Both the position numbers and the translations under genes were made by a program. Source: Candidatus Peribacteraceae bacterium (GTDB lineage Bacteria; Patescibacteriota; Gracilibacteria; Peribacterales; Peribacteraceae). From it: 64,000 nt of DNA. Shown in pieces: positions 34,159 to 43,668 of this stretch; within the stretch, counting starts at the first letter, position 1; each line of letters begins with the position of its first letter. A model generated the notes under the pieces. The model did not search any database. It saw only the letters and a list, made by a program, of their open reading frames with translations, and was not told where the DNA came from. The DNA lies in NCBI GenBank assembly GCA_028703835.1, contig JAQVMB010000003.1, positions 5,493 through 69,492 of the forward strand, in the 5' to 3' direction.

Positions 34159-35031
34159 ATGAGTTTCTTCGAATGTTCCGCCTCCCGGCGCATCCATCGG
34201 GCGATGGCAGTCCTGCCGCTGCTGGCGCTCCTTCCGCTTCTGGCCGCCTTCACGGTCCCGCCGAATGACGGGTTCGTGACGGACTCAGCGAACGTCCTGA
34301 CGCAGCAGCAGAAGAGCGAACTGGACGCGACGCTCGCGGCGTACCGCAACGAGACGAGCAACGAGATCGCCATCCTTCTCGTGCCGTCCTTGGGCGGCGA
34401 AGCCATCGACGAGGTGGGCGTGCAGGTAGGCAGGGCGTGGGGCGTCGGGGCGAAGGAGAAGAACAACGGCATCTTGGTCCTTGCGGCGTTGGAGGAACGG
34501 CAAGTGACGATCCAAACCGGTTACGGACTCGAAGGCGCGGTGCCGGACATCGTCGCCAAAGGCATCATCGACGAGGACATCGTCCCGCGGTTCCGCGACG
34601 GCAAGTACTACGAAGGATTGCTGGCGGCGACGGAGTCCCTCCGGAAGCACATCGGAGGCGAATACACGGCCGATCGGTACGCGGAAGGCGGCATGCCGGA
34701 CGCGGCGGGGTTCGTGTTTTTCCTGGGTTTCATGGTGCTGAATTTTCTCGGCGCTTTCCTCGCACGGTCCAAGTCCTGGTGGATGGGCGGCGTGCTGGGC
34801 GGCGTGTTCGGGCTCATCCTCACGGTGATGTTTTCCTGGTGGTTGGCCATTCCCGGGCTGATTCTCCTCGGCCTGATCTTCGATTTCATCGTCTCCCGCA
34901 TGCCGCGATCCCGTCACGGCCGCGGCCGCTGGTGGGGAGGAGGCCTCGGCGGCGGAGGGTTCGGGGGAAGGGGGGGAGGCGGATTCGGCGGCGGGTCGTT
35001 CGGAGGGGGCGGTGCGTCGGGGAGGTGGTGA
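34159..35031 (+). CDS. TPM-domain (YgcG-like) membrane protein with Gly-rich tail
   Basis: FVTDSANVLTQQQKSELDATLAAYRNETSNEIAILLVPSLGGE...NNGILVLAALEERQVTIQTGYGLEG. Has TM helices and a GGGFGGRGGGGFGGG tail. This is the classic partner of LemA. Confidence 0.8.
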   Translation: MSFFECSASRRIHRAMAVLPLLALLPLLAAFTVPPNDGFVTDSANVLTQQQKSELDATLAAYRNETSNEIAILLVPSLGGEAIDEVGVQVGRAWGVGAKEKNNGILVLAALEERQVTIQTGYGLEGAVPDIVAKGIIDEDIVPRFRDGKYYEGLLAATESLRKHIGGEYTADRYAEGGMPDAAGFVFFLGFMVLNFLGAFLARSKSWWMGGVLGGVFGLILTVMFSWWLAIPGLILLGLIFDFIVSRMPRSRHGRGRWWGGGLGGGGFGGRGGGGFGGGSFGGGGASGRW

Positions 35032-35143
35032 GTGTCGAAGGAGACCGACGAAGCCTTTCCTTCGCCATGTCCTTTCGCGCTTGAATCCCACTGGAGATTC
35101 CCGCGCATATGGTGCACACTGACATCCGGTCTTTTACCCGCCC

Positions 35144-36049
35144 ATGCGCCGTCTGACGATCCACGGCATCATCGGGGTCCTGCTGCTGGCTGGCTGCGGA
35201 TGGAACCGCTTGCCGCCCGAGGAAATGCTCCAGAGGGCCGTGGCGCAGAACCGAACCCTAGGTTCGGCCCGCTTCGAAGCGGAGGGATTGCTTCGCGGCA
35301 CGCTGGCGGGAAGCACGCGGACGATGCGGTTTCTCGTGACGGACGGTCTCGTGCACGAAGGCGGGAAACAAGTGAAAGGCGACGTGCAGGTTTGGCAGGA
35401 AGGGGAAAACGACGCGGAGAGGTTTCGCGCCGAAGCCGTGATTTTGCAGGAATCGGAAGCGTACGTGCGTGTCGCCTCCGAAGGCTCCGTCGCCCCGTTC
35501 CTTCCGTTTTCACTGTCGTCGCTTCGACTGTCCAGCGGCGCCTGGTTGCGGCTCCCGTTGCGCCCGGACCATGTGTCGACCGGAGCCATCACGCCCGATC
35601 CGCGCCTGTTGCGGGAACAGGGCGACGTCATACGGGTGCTCTCGGACGCCGGGGAGGAAGAAGTGGACGGACGGAAAACGCGTCACTTGTTCATAGCAGT
35701 GGACACGGAGAAATTGTCGAAATTCTTGTCCCGCGTGACTGCGGAAGAACGCCGGTCCATGGAAGGGGACCTGCTTGCATCGTTCCTTATGGCATCGCAA
35801 GCGCACGGAGAGATCTGGATCGACCGACAGTCATTGCACATCCGGCGCCTGTCATGGGTGATCAAGGAGCAAGACAAGGATGCCGAGATCAGTTTTTTGC
35901 TGACACTGCGCGATCACGACGCCGCTCCCGCCATAGAACCGCCCCGCGCGGATGAAGTCATTCGGACCGAACCGTCGGGAGCGCAGGAAGAAAGCGGCGA
36001 GGCCGAACGCGGCGACAGTCTCCGATCTTCTTCCGTTTCCGTCCCGTAA
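35144..36049 (+). CDS. hypothetical lipoprotein
   Basis: MRRLTIHGIIGVLLLAGC-GW contains a lipobox. No family recognised. Confidence 0.6.
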   Translation: MRRLTIHGIIGVLLLAGCGWNRLPPEEMLQRAVAQNRTLGSARFEAEGLLRGTLAGSTRTMRFLVTDGLVHEGGKQVKGDVQVWQEGENDAERFRAEAVILQESEAYVRVASEGSVAPFLPFSLSSLRLSSGAWLRLPLRPDHVSTGAITPDPRLLREQGDVIRVLSDAGEEEVDGRKTRHLFIAVDTEKLSKFLSRVTAEERRSMEGDLLASFLMASQAHGEIWIDRQSLHIRRLSWVIKEQDKDAEISFLLTLRDHDAAPAIEPPRADEVIRTEPSGAQEESGEAERGDSLRSSSVSVP

Positions 36050-36051
36050 CT

Positions 36052-38127
36052 ATGGACACCCAGCCCGCCCCGCTTCCGAATCCGGACGTTTCCGTGCCGG
36101 CATCCGTCGACGGACTCACGTCAGCCCCGCAGCCTGCCCCCGTCAGCGCGCCGCCTCCGGTGGCACCGACGGCAGTCAGGGCGCAGAAGCGGGTATTGGT
36201 CGGCATCGGATTTCTTTTCTACGCACTGTATGCGGGTTGGTGCCTCTGGATCATGGCTCAGTTGCCCACCATTGACATCCAATTGTCACGTTTGCAACAG
36301 CCCGCACTGGCCAGCGTCGCCATCGGGGGCGTCTTCTTCATCGGGCTTGCGTTGATCCTGTTGCAACGGGTGGCGCGCGCGGACGTGGGCATGGGTACGC
36401 GGCAGCAGGGGTTGATACGTGTGCTGCTGGCCGTGGTTCCCGGGATTGCGCTCAGTGCGGCCGTTCCTTTCGTCATCCTGCAGGCGCCGTCGTTTCCCAT
36501 GGATACCGATCCCGCTGACGCCGCTTCTTTTGTTGCTCCGCTCTCCATCACGCTCAATGTCGCAAGAAGCGCCGCGTTTCTCCAGGCACAGGGGAAGAAG
36601 CCGTCCAAATACATGTGGTACACGGATGCGAGCGGGAAGGCCACGGAGACGACGGTGGCGCCGGAGACGACGATGGTCTTTCAGCGTGCGGGCATCTATC
36701 CCATAAGCGTTCGCCTCGTGTATGCGGACGGCACGTATCAGAAAATCTCAAAGCAGATCATCATCGGCGATGAGGTATTCGCGGTATCGCCGTTGTACCC
36801 CATCGTCGACCAGCCCGCCCGTTTCAGCATCGCGCAGTTGATCCCGGACGTGAAGCAGCTCAAGCAGGCGCAATGGGATTTTGACGGAGACGGGACGGCG
36901 GAAGAAACGACGAAAGGGACGGATGCCGTCCATACGTACTACGCGACGGGAGACGTGACGGTGACCGTTATCGTCGATCTCGCCAACCAGACACAGAAGA
37001 CATATTCACGCATGGTCACGGTTCAGGATCCTCCGTCGTTGCCGTTTCCGGTAACGCTCAAGACGGAACCCAAGACATTGCTCGGGCCGTCGCCGTTCGG
37101 CGTGCTCTTCACGTTGGAAACGGAGGAGTCTCTCAAGGAAATCACGTGGTCGTTCGGTGACGGCAAACAGGAGAGAGGCGCGGATCTCACACGCATCGGA
37201 CACTCCTTCGACAAACCCGGCATCTATTCCGTCATGGCGCGTGCGCGTTCCGGCAGCGGGAAATTGGCGGAGCTCTCCGCGCTCGTTCGTGTGACGGACA
37301 CGTTGCAGATCGCGGATCTGACATATGAGGGGAAGCCGGAAGTTCGGAACAATATCGTCACGGGCGAAGTGCCGCTCACTGTTCAGCTCACGCCCAAGAC
37401 GGCGCTTCCGCTCATCCAGTTTTCCTGGGAAGCACCGGATGAAATGGGCGCGGAGATCACGGGAAACACCGTTGCGGCCGTCCTCCGGCGCGAAGGGGCG
37501 TATACCTTGACGCTCATCGCGCAGGGTCCCGACGGGAACACCATGCGCCAACCGATCAAGATCAACGTTCGCCCGCCCGCCGCGGAACCGGTCATCGACA
37601 TGCGTCCGGAGGGAGGAACGGCGCCCCTGCGCGTGACGTTCGACGCGTCACGCACGTACGTTCCGCCCAACGAAGTGATCGCGGGTTTCCGTTGGCAATT
37701 CGGCGACGAAGCGCAAGGTGCGACGCCCGAACTGGGCGGTTCGAGGCTGGAACATACGTACGAAAAAGCGGGTGAATACAAGGTGAAACTGACCCTGGTG
37801 ACGACGAAAGGGAAGGAATATTCCGCCGAGCGGACGCTCATCATCCGGAAACCCGTCCTCTCCGCATGCGCGACGGCAAGCCGCGTGCAATTGAGCGCCG
37901 GCGGAGGCGTGCGTTTTGACGCATCCTGCACGACGGGCAAGCCCACCCAGTATCTTTGGGATGTCCGTTCGGAAGCCAGGCCGGGCACGACGTTGGCGCA
38001 GAGCGAAGAGAAGACCTACGATCACGTGTTCGCGGAACCGGGCGAGTACCGCGTGACGCTGACGGTGCATGACGGTGCGGGCAGCCAGGATGCCAAGACC
38101 TTATCCATTTCCGTTTCCGCGCCATGA
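36052..38127 (+). CDS. membrane protein with multiple PKD-like domains
   Basis: N-terminal TM helices followed by repeats such as WDFDGDGTAEETTKGTDAVHTYYATGDVTVTVIV, WSFGDGKQE...HSFDKPGIYSV and WQFGDEAQ...HTYEKAGEYKVKLTLV. Confidence 0.75.
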   Translation: MDTQPAPLPNPDVSVPASVDGLTSAPQPAPVSAPPPVAPTAVRAQKRVLVGIGFLFYALYAGWCLWIMAQLPTIDIQLSRLQQPALASVAIGGVFFIGLALILLQRVARADVGMGTRQQGLIRVLLAVVPGIALSAAVPFVILQAPSFPMDTDPADAASFVAPLSITLNVARSAAFLQAQGKKPSKYMWYTDASGKATETTVAPETTMVFQRAGIYPISVRLVYADGTYQKISKQIIIGDEVFAVSPLYPIVDQPARFSIAQLIPDVKQLKQAQWDFDGDGTAEETTKGTDAVHTYYATGDVTVTVIVDLANQTQKTYSRMVTVQDPPSLPFPVTLKTEPKTLLGPSPFGVLFTLETEESLKEITWSFGDGKQERGADLTRIGHSFDKPGIYSVMARARSGSGKLAELSALVRVTDTLQIADLTYEGKPEVRNNIVTGEVPLTVQLTPKTALPLIQFSWEAPDEMGAEITGNTVAAVLRREGAYTLTLIAQGPDGNTMRQPIKINVRPPAAEPVIDMRPEGGTAPLRVTFDASRTYVPPNEVIAGFRWQFGDEAQGATPELGGSRLEHTYEKAGEYKVKLTLVTTKGKEYSAERTLIIRKPVLSACATASRVQLSAGGGVRFDASCTTGKPTQYLWDVRSEARPGTTLAQSEEKTYDHVFAEPGEYRVTLTVHDGAGSQDAKTLSISVSAP

Positions 38128-38210
38128 AAAAGTCCACCATCCGCATTGCGGCCGTCATCGGCCTTCTCGCCATCGTCATGGGCGCCGTTTTGCCCGGGCT
38201 CGCGTTCTGA
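38124..38210 (+). CDS. candidate 28-aa TM micro-protein, translationally coupled (ATGA) to the PKD gene
   Basis: Own translation: MKKSTIRIAAVIGLLAIVMGAVLPGLAF. Confidence 0.3.
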   Translation: MKKSTIRIAAVIGLLAIVMGAVLPGLAF

Positions 38211-38286
38211 TGCTCTGACCATTCCGGCCCCATAGTAGAACATTTCTTCCTCGCAGACCGATGCGATGGAAGCGCCACGAATCAGG

Positions 38287-39327
38287 TTATTTTTGGGATA
38301 ACGTGTCGTTGAGCGGAAGTGCTGCGACTGTCCGGAAAGCCGCATCTACGGCATCGGGCTGTTCCAGGCGAAGGAAGAAGCCCGCCGCGGCGATCATGGC
38401 TGCGTTGTCCGTGCAGTATGCGATGGCGGAGGGATGGCGGAGAGTGACGCGGCGGTCCCGGCAAACGTCCGCGGCAAGCGTTCGCAAATGCAGGTTGGCG
38501 GACACGCCGCCGACCAGGTGCACTTCACGGATGTCTTGATGCGTCCGAAGCGCCCGCCCGAGACGGTCGCAGAGATGGAGGCAGAGCGCGTGTTCGTACG
38601 AAGCGGCGACATTCCGCGTGTCGTCGCGCGCGTCGCTGCGGTCGCGCAGGAGGTATTTGAGCGAAGTTTTCAAGCCCGAGAAACTGAAATCCAACGTCGC
38701 GTCCTCATGCAAAGGCATGGGGAAATCGTACAGGTGTATATCACCGTGTTCCGCCGCCGCGGCGATGCTCGGTCCGCCGGGATACGGGAGGCCCAGCATG
38801 CTCGCGCCTTTGTCGAACGCTTCGCCCGCGGCATCATCGCGCGTCCGTGCGATGAGACGACCTTCGAGGTGCGAGGTGCGGTGCCAGAGGTCCGTGTGCC
38901 CCCCGGATGCCGACAGCGTCAGGACGGGGAAACGGATACCGGCTTCAGGTTGACCTGCGGGAACCAGCCAAGGGGAGCTGAGATGTCCGAGCGTGTGGTG
39001 GACGCCGATGACGGGGATTCCCCATGTCGCGCCCAGCACGCGCGCCGAAGTCGTGCCGACCAGGAGGGACCCCAGCAAACCGGGGCCTTTCGTGACGGCG
39101 ATGAGGCTGATATCCCTCCATGTGCAGCGGGCTTCTTTCAGCGCCGCATCGAGGACGGGCGTCATGCAGGCCACCTGCTGCCGTGCCGCTTCCTCGGGAA
39201 TCACGCCGGCCAGACGCTCAAACGATTTCTTCGAACTCGAAATGACATTCGACAGCACCTGCGTGCCGTCGCGTACGACGGCAACTGATGTTTCATCGCA
39301 CGATGTTTCGATCCCGAGCGTCAGCAT
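38287..39327 (-). CDS. tsaD: tRNA N6-adenosine threonylcarbamoyltransferase TsaD
   Basis: MLTLGIETSCDETSVAVV...GVHHTLGHL...SGGHT... is the canonical Kae1/TsaD pattern. Confidence 0.93.
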   Translation of the reverse strand: MLTLGIETSCDETSVAVVRDGTQVLSNVISSSKKSFERLAGVIPEEAARQQVACMTPVLDAALKEARCTWRDISLIAVTKGPGLLGSLLVGTTSARVLGATWGIPVIGVHHTLGHLSSPWLVPAGQPEAGIRFPVLTLSASGGHTDLWHRTSHLEGRLIARTRDDAAGEAFDKGASMLGLPYPGGPSIAAAAEHGDIHLYDFPMPLHEDATLDFSFSGLKTSLKYLLRDRSDARDDTRNVAASYEHALCLHLCDRLGRALRTHQDIREVHLVGGVSANLHLRTLAADVCRDRRVTLRHPSAIAYCTDNAAMIAAAGFFLRLEQPDAVDAAFRTVAALPLNDTLSQK

Positions 39328-39458
39328 TTAAGGAAGAATATTCAAGGATACAAGAGAGCAAGAGACAACATCCGGACGCTTCGCATTATACATTTCTTGT
39401 CTCTTGGACATCGGATATTGAACATTGAATTGTTGACAGGGGATTCTACACTGGAAGC

Positions 39459-40238
39459 ATGTTTGACTTGTTTCCGTCGCGGACCGTGGCCGTGGAGATC
39501 CTCGGCTTCCCAATTCACTGGTACGGTATCCTGTACGTTCTGTCCTTCATCATAGCGATGGTTCTGCTGCCGCGCTTGCAGCGGTACAGGAGTCTTTCGC
39601 TCCGTTCGGAGCAATGGCTTGACGTCATCTCGTGGGGCATCGTCGGCGTGCTCGTGGGGGGACGGCTGGGCTTCGTGCTCTTCTATGAACCCTCGTATTT
39701 CCTGCAGGCTCCCTGGAAAATCATCGCGGTGTGGGAGGGCGGCATGTCTTCGCATGGCGGGTTCATCGGCGTTGCGGTTGCGATGCTTCATGCGTTTCGC
39801 AAGCACGGCATTCCCGTCTGGAAAGCGGCGGATCTCGTGAGCGTTCCCGCCGCCATCGGGTTGTCATTCGGCCGCATGGGCAACTTCATCAACGGAGAAC
39901 TGTACGGCACCGTGACCGATCTTCCGTGGGGCATGGCTTTTCCCGGCGCACAAGGACTCCGGCATCCCGTGCAGTTGTACGCCGTGGCGCTCGACCTGTG
40001 CATCGCTTTGGCGTGTTTCTTCCTGCTTGCCCGGGGAACGCCGAAAACGGACGGGCGCCTCTTCGCCGTTTTCCTCATGCTCTATGGCATCGTCCGGTTC
40101 TCCCTGGAATTCCTGCGTGACCAAACATATGAGCCGTTGTTGTTCCTCACGCGCGGACAGGCGCTGACAGTGCCCCTGTTGCTGGCCGGTTTGGCGTTGT
40201 GGTTTGTCCTTCCGAACTTGGCCAAAGATACGCGCTGA
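39459..40238 (+). CDS. lgt: prolipoprotein diacylglyceryl transferase
   Basis: IHWYGILYVLSF...WEGGMSSHGGFIG...GRMGNFINGELYG... Confidence 0.92.
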   Translation: MFDLFPSRTVAVEILGFPIHWYGILYVLSFIIAMVLLPRLQRYRSLSLRSEQWLDVISWGIVGVLVGGRLGFVLFYEPSYFLQAPWKIIAVWEGGMSSHGGFIGVAVAMLHAFRKHGIPVWKAADLVSVPAAIGLSFGRMGNFINGELYGTVTDLPWGMAFPGAQGLRHPVQLYAVALDLCIALACFFLLARGTPKTDGRLFAVFLMLYGIVRFSLEFLRDQTYEPLLFLTRGQALTVPLLLAGLALWFVLPNLAKDTR

Positions 40239-40263
40239 TATTCCCGCGTCCGGGATTCGAGGT

Positions 40264-40905
40264 TTACTGCCGCGGCGGGGAAAGAATGTTCGCCAGAAAA
40301 CTGCGGCGATGCAGCGGACACGGCCCGTGCCGCTTGATCCGCATGCAATGCTCTTCCGTTCCGTAGCCTTTGTGTTTGTCGAAACCGAAGGCGGGAATCA
40401 GAGAGCCCCAGCGCCGCATGATCCTGTCACGCGTCACCTTTGCGAGAATGGATGCGGCGGCGATGCAAGGCTCCGTTTGATCTCCGCGAATCACGGAAAT
40501 ATGGGGAAGGTCGAACCGGAAACGGTCCCGGCCATCTACGAGAAGAAATTGCGGATCTGCACGGAGACGAAGCCTTCTCACTGCTTCTTGCATGGACAGT
40601 TCCGTGGCCCGCAAGATGCCGTCACGCTCGATGATTTCTTGTGACACGATGCCGATGCCGTACGCACAATGCGTCGCAATCCATTCATAGGAAATTGATC
40701 GCTGTTCCGGCGTGAGCACCTTACTGTCTGCGATCTTCACGCCCTTCCCGAGACGCCGGGGTGACCAGCAGGGGAATGGTGTCCTTCGCTTTCGGACGAG
40801 AGGCTCCGTCAGGATGGCTGCCGCGGCGACCACCGGCCCCGCGAGCGCGCCCCTGCCTGCTTCATCGATGCCTGCGATGAGTGAAATGGAAGTTGACAGG
40901 AACAT
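40264..40905 (-). CDS. rnhB: ribonuclease HII
   Basis: IAGIDEAGRGALAGPVVAAA...DSKVLTPEQR...LVDG... Confidence 0.9.
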   Translation of the reverse strand: MFLSTSISLIAGIDEAGRGALAGPVVAAAAILTEPLVRKRRTPFPCWSPRRLGKGVKIADSKVLTPEQRSISYEWIATHCAYGIGIVSQEIIERDGILRATELSMQEAVRRLRLRADPQFLLVDGRDRFRFDLPHISVIRGDQTEPCIAAASILAKVTRDRIMRRWGSLIPAFGFDKHKGYGTEEHCMRIKRHGPCPLHRRSFLANILSPPRQ

Positions 40906-41036
40906 ATAATCAATTAATATACACTTTCAGTTCTTTCTTACAGTACAACGAAATCAACAGTGTTTCATTGAGGATCAGTCGGATGGCACGCTGTTGATTT
41001 CTCAGGGGGGTTCCCTAACCGAAAGGAGGAGCAAAC

Positions 41037-41159
41037 ATGAATGCTCTCCGGGAGCTTCTCTCCATGGACGAGGGATTGCGAATGCAAGCATTTGCAATCG
41101 TCTGTCTTGCACTCTTTGCCGCCGTCGGCGGTCTCTGGACCGTCATACGAAAGCGCTGA
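41037..41159 (+). CDS. candidate 40-aa TM micro-protein with strong Shine-Dalgarno
   Basis: AAAGGAGGAGCAAAC-ATG. Own translation: MNALRELLSMDEGLRMQAFAIVCLALFAAVGGLWTVIRKR. Confidence 0.45.
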   Translation: MNALRELLSMDEGLRMQAFAIVCLALFAAVGGLWTVIRKR

Positions 41160-41222
41160 GTGCGGAGAGGGAATCAACAACGAATGCCGCCGACACTCCT
41201 TCGGGAGCTGAAGGCGGTATTT

Positions 41223-42542
41223 TTATTGCCTGACAGCGTTGAGCAACATCCGTGCGATCTCCCGTTCATTCCAGGGAATCTGACCAACGTTCGTCATCAT
41301 CGTCGTATCGCTGCCTTTGCCGCAGAGAAGGACCACGTCTCCTTCCTTCGCCTGTGAGAAGAGATAGCGGATGGCTTCCAGACGATCCGGAATCTTCCGT
41401 GCGATCGCGCGTGATTGGTCGATGCCCGACCACACTTCCTCGATGATGCGTCCCGGATCTTCGGTATAGGGGTCTTCGTTGCTCACCACCACGACGTCCG
41501 CATACGAACTGCAAATGCGGCCCACTTCCGGACGCTTCTCGCGCATGCGGTCGCCGCAGCTGCCCGTGAGCACCAGCAGGCGCTTGCCTTCGGTCAACGA
41601 GGAGCGGATGGACGACAGTGTTTTCTCATATGCGACGGGCGTGACGGTGAAATCCACATAGACCGTGAACGATTGCGGCCCCTCGATCGATTCGAGGCGG
41701 CCGGGAATGCCCGTGAAGGTTTCCAGGGACCTGACGCTTTGCGCCGGGGAAATGCCCGCCGCTTCAGCGCACGCCAGCGCGCAGAGCGCGTTCTCCACAT
41801 TGAAAAGCCCCGGGACGGAGAGCCGCAGCAATCCCGCGTCTTCCGTATTTCCGTTGCGAGCCGTCCTGTGCAGGGAAGCGGTAACGCCGGGGGGTCCGGA
41901 ACGCAATGCGTCCGCCCACAAAATCGTGTCTTCACGGACGGATTCGGTCGAGGGGGCTGCTGTGGCGTAGCCGATGGTCCGCTCTGACGGATAGGAGCAG
42001 TAGGGCGCAAACGTGGGATCTTCCCGGTGCAGGACTTTCGTGCCGCGGCCGCGCAGCATGGCGAAGAGCAAGCCTTTGTCCCGCCGGTACTGTTCCATGC
42101 TGCCGTGGTAGTCGAGGTGCTCGAACGACGTGTTCGTGATGGCTGCGACGGAAGGCCATGTCCATCCGCTGCGTCCTTGCACAAGGCCGTGCGACGAGTA
42201 TTCCAGGACCGCGTGCGTGCACCCGGCGCGGACCAGCGTGCGCAGGAAACGCTGGATGACGAAGGGAGACGGGGACGTCTTCTGCGTCGCGTTCCATGTG
42301 ACATCGTCCTTCACGCGGAAGAACGCCGTGGACAGCGCTCCCGTGGAGAAACCCGATGCCTGCAGGATGTGCGCCGTCATGCCCACCGTCGTTGTTTTTC
42401 CATCCGTGCCGGTGATGCCGATGACGGTGAGGCGGCGCGCTGGAAAACCATACAACGCCGCCGCCGCCAAAGCTTTGCCGCGATGCCACAGGAGGCGAAG
42501 CGGATTGCGCGCGTGGATGAGGCGTTTGAGTCGTCGGATCAT
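41223..42542 (-). CDS. murE: Mur ligase family protein (MurE-like)
   Basis: VIGITGTDGKTTT P-loop, central and C-terminal Mur ligase domains. VVVSNEDPYTEDP occupies the position of the MurE DNPR motif. Confidence 0.7.
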   Translation of the reverse strand: MIRRLKRLIHARNPLRLLWHRGKALAAAALYGFPARRLTVIGITGTDGKTTTVGMTAHILQASGFSTGALSTAFFRVKDDVTWNATQKTSPSPFVIQRFLRTLVRAGCTHAVLEYSSHGLVQGRSGWTWPSVAAITNTSFEHLDYHGSMEQYRRDKGLLFAMLRGRGTKVLHREDPTFAPYCSYPSERTIGYATAAPSTESVREDTILWADALRSGPPGVTASLHRTARNGNTEDAGLLRLSVPGLFNVENALCALACAEAAGISPAQSVRSLETFTGIPGRLESIEGPQSFTVYVDFTVTPVAYEKTLSSIRSSLTEGKRLLVLTGSCGDRMREKRPEVGRICSSYADVVVVSNEDPYTEDPGRIIEEVWSGIDQSRAIARKIPDRLEAIRYLFSQAKEGDVVLLCGKGSDTTMMTNVGQIPWNEREIARMLLNAVRQ

Positions 42543-42970
42543 GGCTGCTGCGGAGACGACAGGATAGCATGCGCCACCTTGATGTCGGACTTGATTTGTT
42601 CCTGCAGCACTTCGCGCAGTGGAAAGTCCGTGACGTCGCGGATGAATGCCACGACGTGTATGCGAAGAGCGTCGGGCGCATCGGGAATCGCTTCGCCCGG
42701 GACGTGCACTTCGCAGGAAATCGTGTCGTCGTACACCGGACGAGGCCCGTAGTGCATCACCGCTTCTTTTCGTTCATCGTCCAGCCACGTGAAGCAGGCG
42801 TAGATGCCCTGCGCCAGTTCCGCGGGCACGTCCTTCAAATGGAGATTGATGGTCGGCGTCCCGATCGTCCTACCTCGTTTCCTGCCCGGAACAACGCGTG
42901 CGGTGAAATCGATGGCAGATGCTTGTGGCACGGCGAAAGAATAGGGGATCGGCGGGTGAGACGGAAGCAT
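42539..42970 (-). CDS. monofunctional riboflavin kinase (RibF C-terminal-domain type)
   Basis: Internal ATG of ORF 42539..43072. VVPGRKRGRTIGTPTINL...MHYGPRPV... ATGA overlap with the Mur ligase start. Confidence 0.7.
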   Translation of the reverse strand: MLPSHPPIPYSFAVPQASAIDFTARVVPGRKRGRTIGTPTINLHLKDVPAELAQGIYACFTWLDDERKEAVMHYGPRPVYDDTISCEVHVPGEAIPDAPDALRIHVVAFIRDVTDFPLREVLQEQIKSDIKVAHAILSSPQQP

Positions 42971-43269
42971 TATCGCGCCGTAGCGGTCGGTATGACGGGC
43001 GCTTGCAGCACGGCTTTGCCCGCCAGGCGAGCCGTCCCGCCGATGAGCGCGGCGATGCGTCCCCAGGTCCATCCAGCAATGCCTCCGATCGCACGGGTGG
43101 TCAGGCGAAGCGGTTCTTCAACCGCAACCTTCGAAAGCGTGCCTCCCACGGCATTGCTGATGTTCGCATGCAATCCTTTCGATCGGTCATATTTCAAAGG
43201 ACTGAGAATATTCTTCCCCGTTTGGACCACTTCCTTCCCGGCCGTATTGACGAAGCCTTCAATACTCAT
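42970..43269 (-). CDS. hypothetical protein
   Basis: Internal ATG of ORF 42970..43287 (MSIEGFVNTAGKEVVQTGKN...). TAATG overlap with the riboflavin kinase start. Confidence 0.45.
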   Translation of the reverse strand: MSIEGFVNTAGKEVVQTGKNILSPLKYDRSKGLHANISNAVGGTLSKVAVEEPLRLTTRAIGGIAGWTWGRIAALIGGTARLAGKAVLQAPVIPTATAR

Positions 43270-43374
43270 GTGTATATTATACAACAAAGTTCATTCCGGT
43301 ACAATCTGCCGATTCAACGTTGCCTTCTGTCAGATGAGTATTCGAAAACCGTATGAGGCTTGTATACTGCCTGT

Positions 43375-43465
43375 GGTGGGATGGCCGAGTGGTCGAAGGC
43401 GACCGACTTGAAATCGGTTAAACCTCATAAGGGTTTCGTGGGTTCGAATCCCACTCCCACCGCCA
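43375..43465 (+). tRNA. tRNA-Ser (anticodon UGA), CCA encoded
   Basis: GGTGGGA/TCCCACC acceptor stem, GCCGAGTGGTCGAAGGC D-arm, loop cTTGAAa, long variable arm, GTGGGTTCGAATCCCAC T-arm. Confidence 0.9.
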
Positions 43466-43564
43466 TCCGGCTTCGTGTGATTCACTTCGTTCATCACACT
43501 ACGCCGTGATTGTCTGCTACCACAGGCTCGGCGAAGTTCCGAACGAAGCGAGGAACGAAGACGG

Positions 43565-43580
43565 CCCACTCCCACCGCCA
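43565..43580 (+). repeat. displaced copy of tRNA-Ser 3' end (16 nt)
   Basis: cccactcccaccgcca is identical to 43450-43465. Confidence 0.8.
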
Positions 43581-43656
43581 GAATTGTTTGCGTCAAACCG
43601 ACCCAGTTACATTATGATCTGCGATAAAGCCCGCGAAGCCCGGAGGGCGAAGTGGG

Positions 43657-43668
43657 CTCCCACCGCCA
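43657..43668 (+). repeat. second, shorter displaced copy of tRNA-Ser 3' end (12 nt)
   Basis: ctcccaccgcca is identical to 43454-43465. Confidence 0.6.

Noticed and set aside
34914-35117. Pro-rich and Gly-rich ORFs around the 3' end of the TPM gene (for example 34914..35117 (-) and 34285..35091 (-)).
   Set aside because: These are reverse-strand or off-frame readings of the GGC-rich region encoding the Gly-rich tail of the TPM protein. They are low-complexity artefacts.
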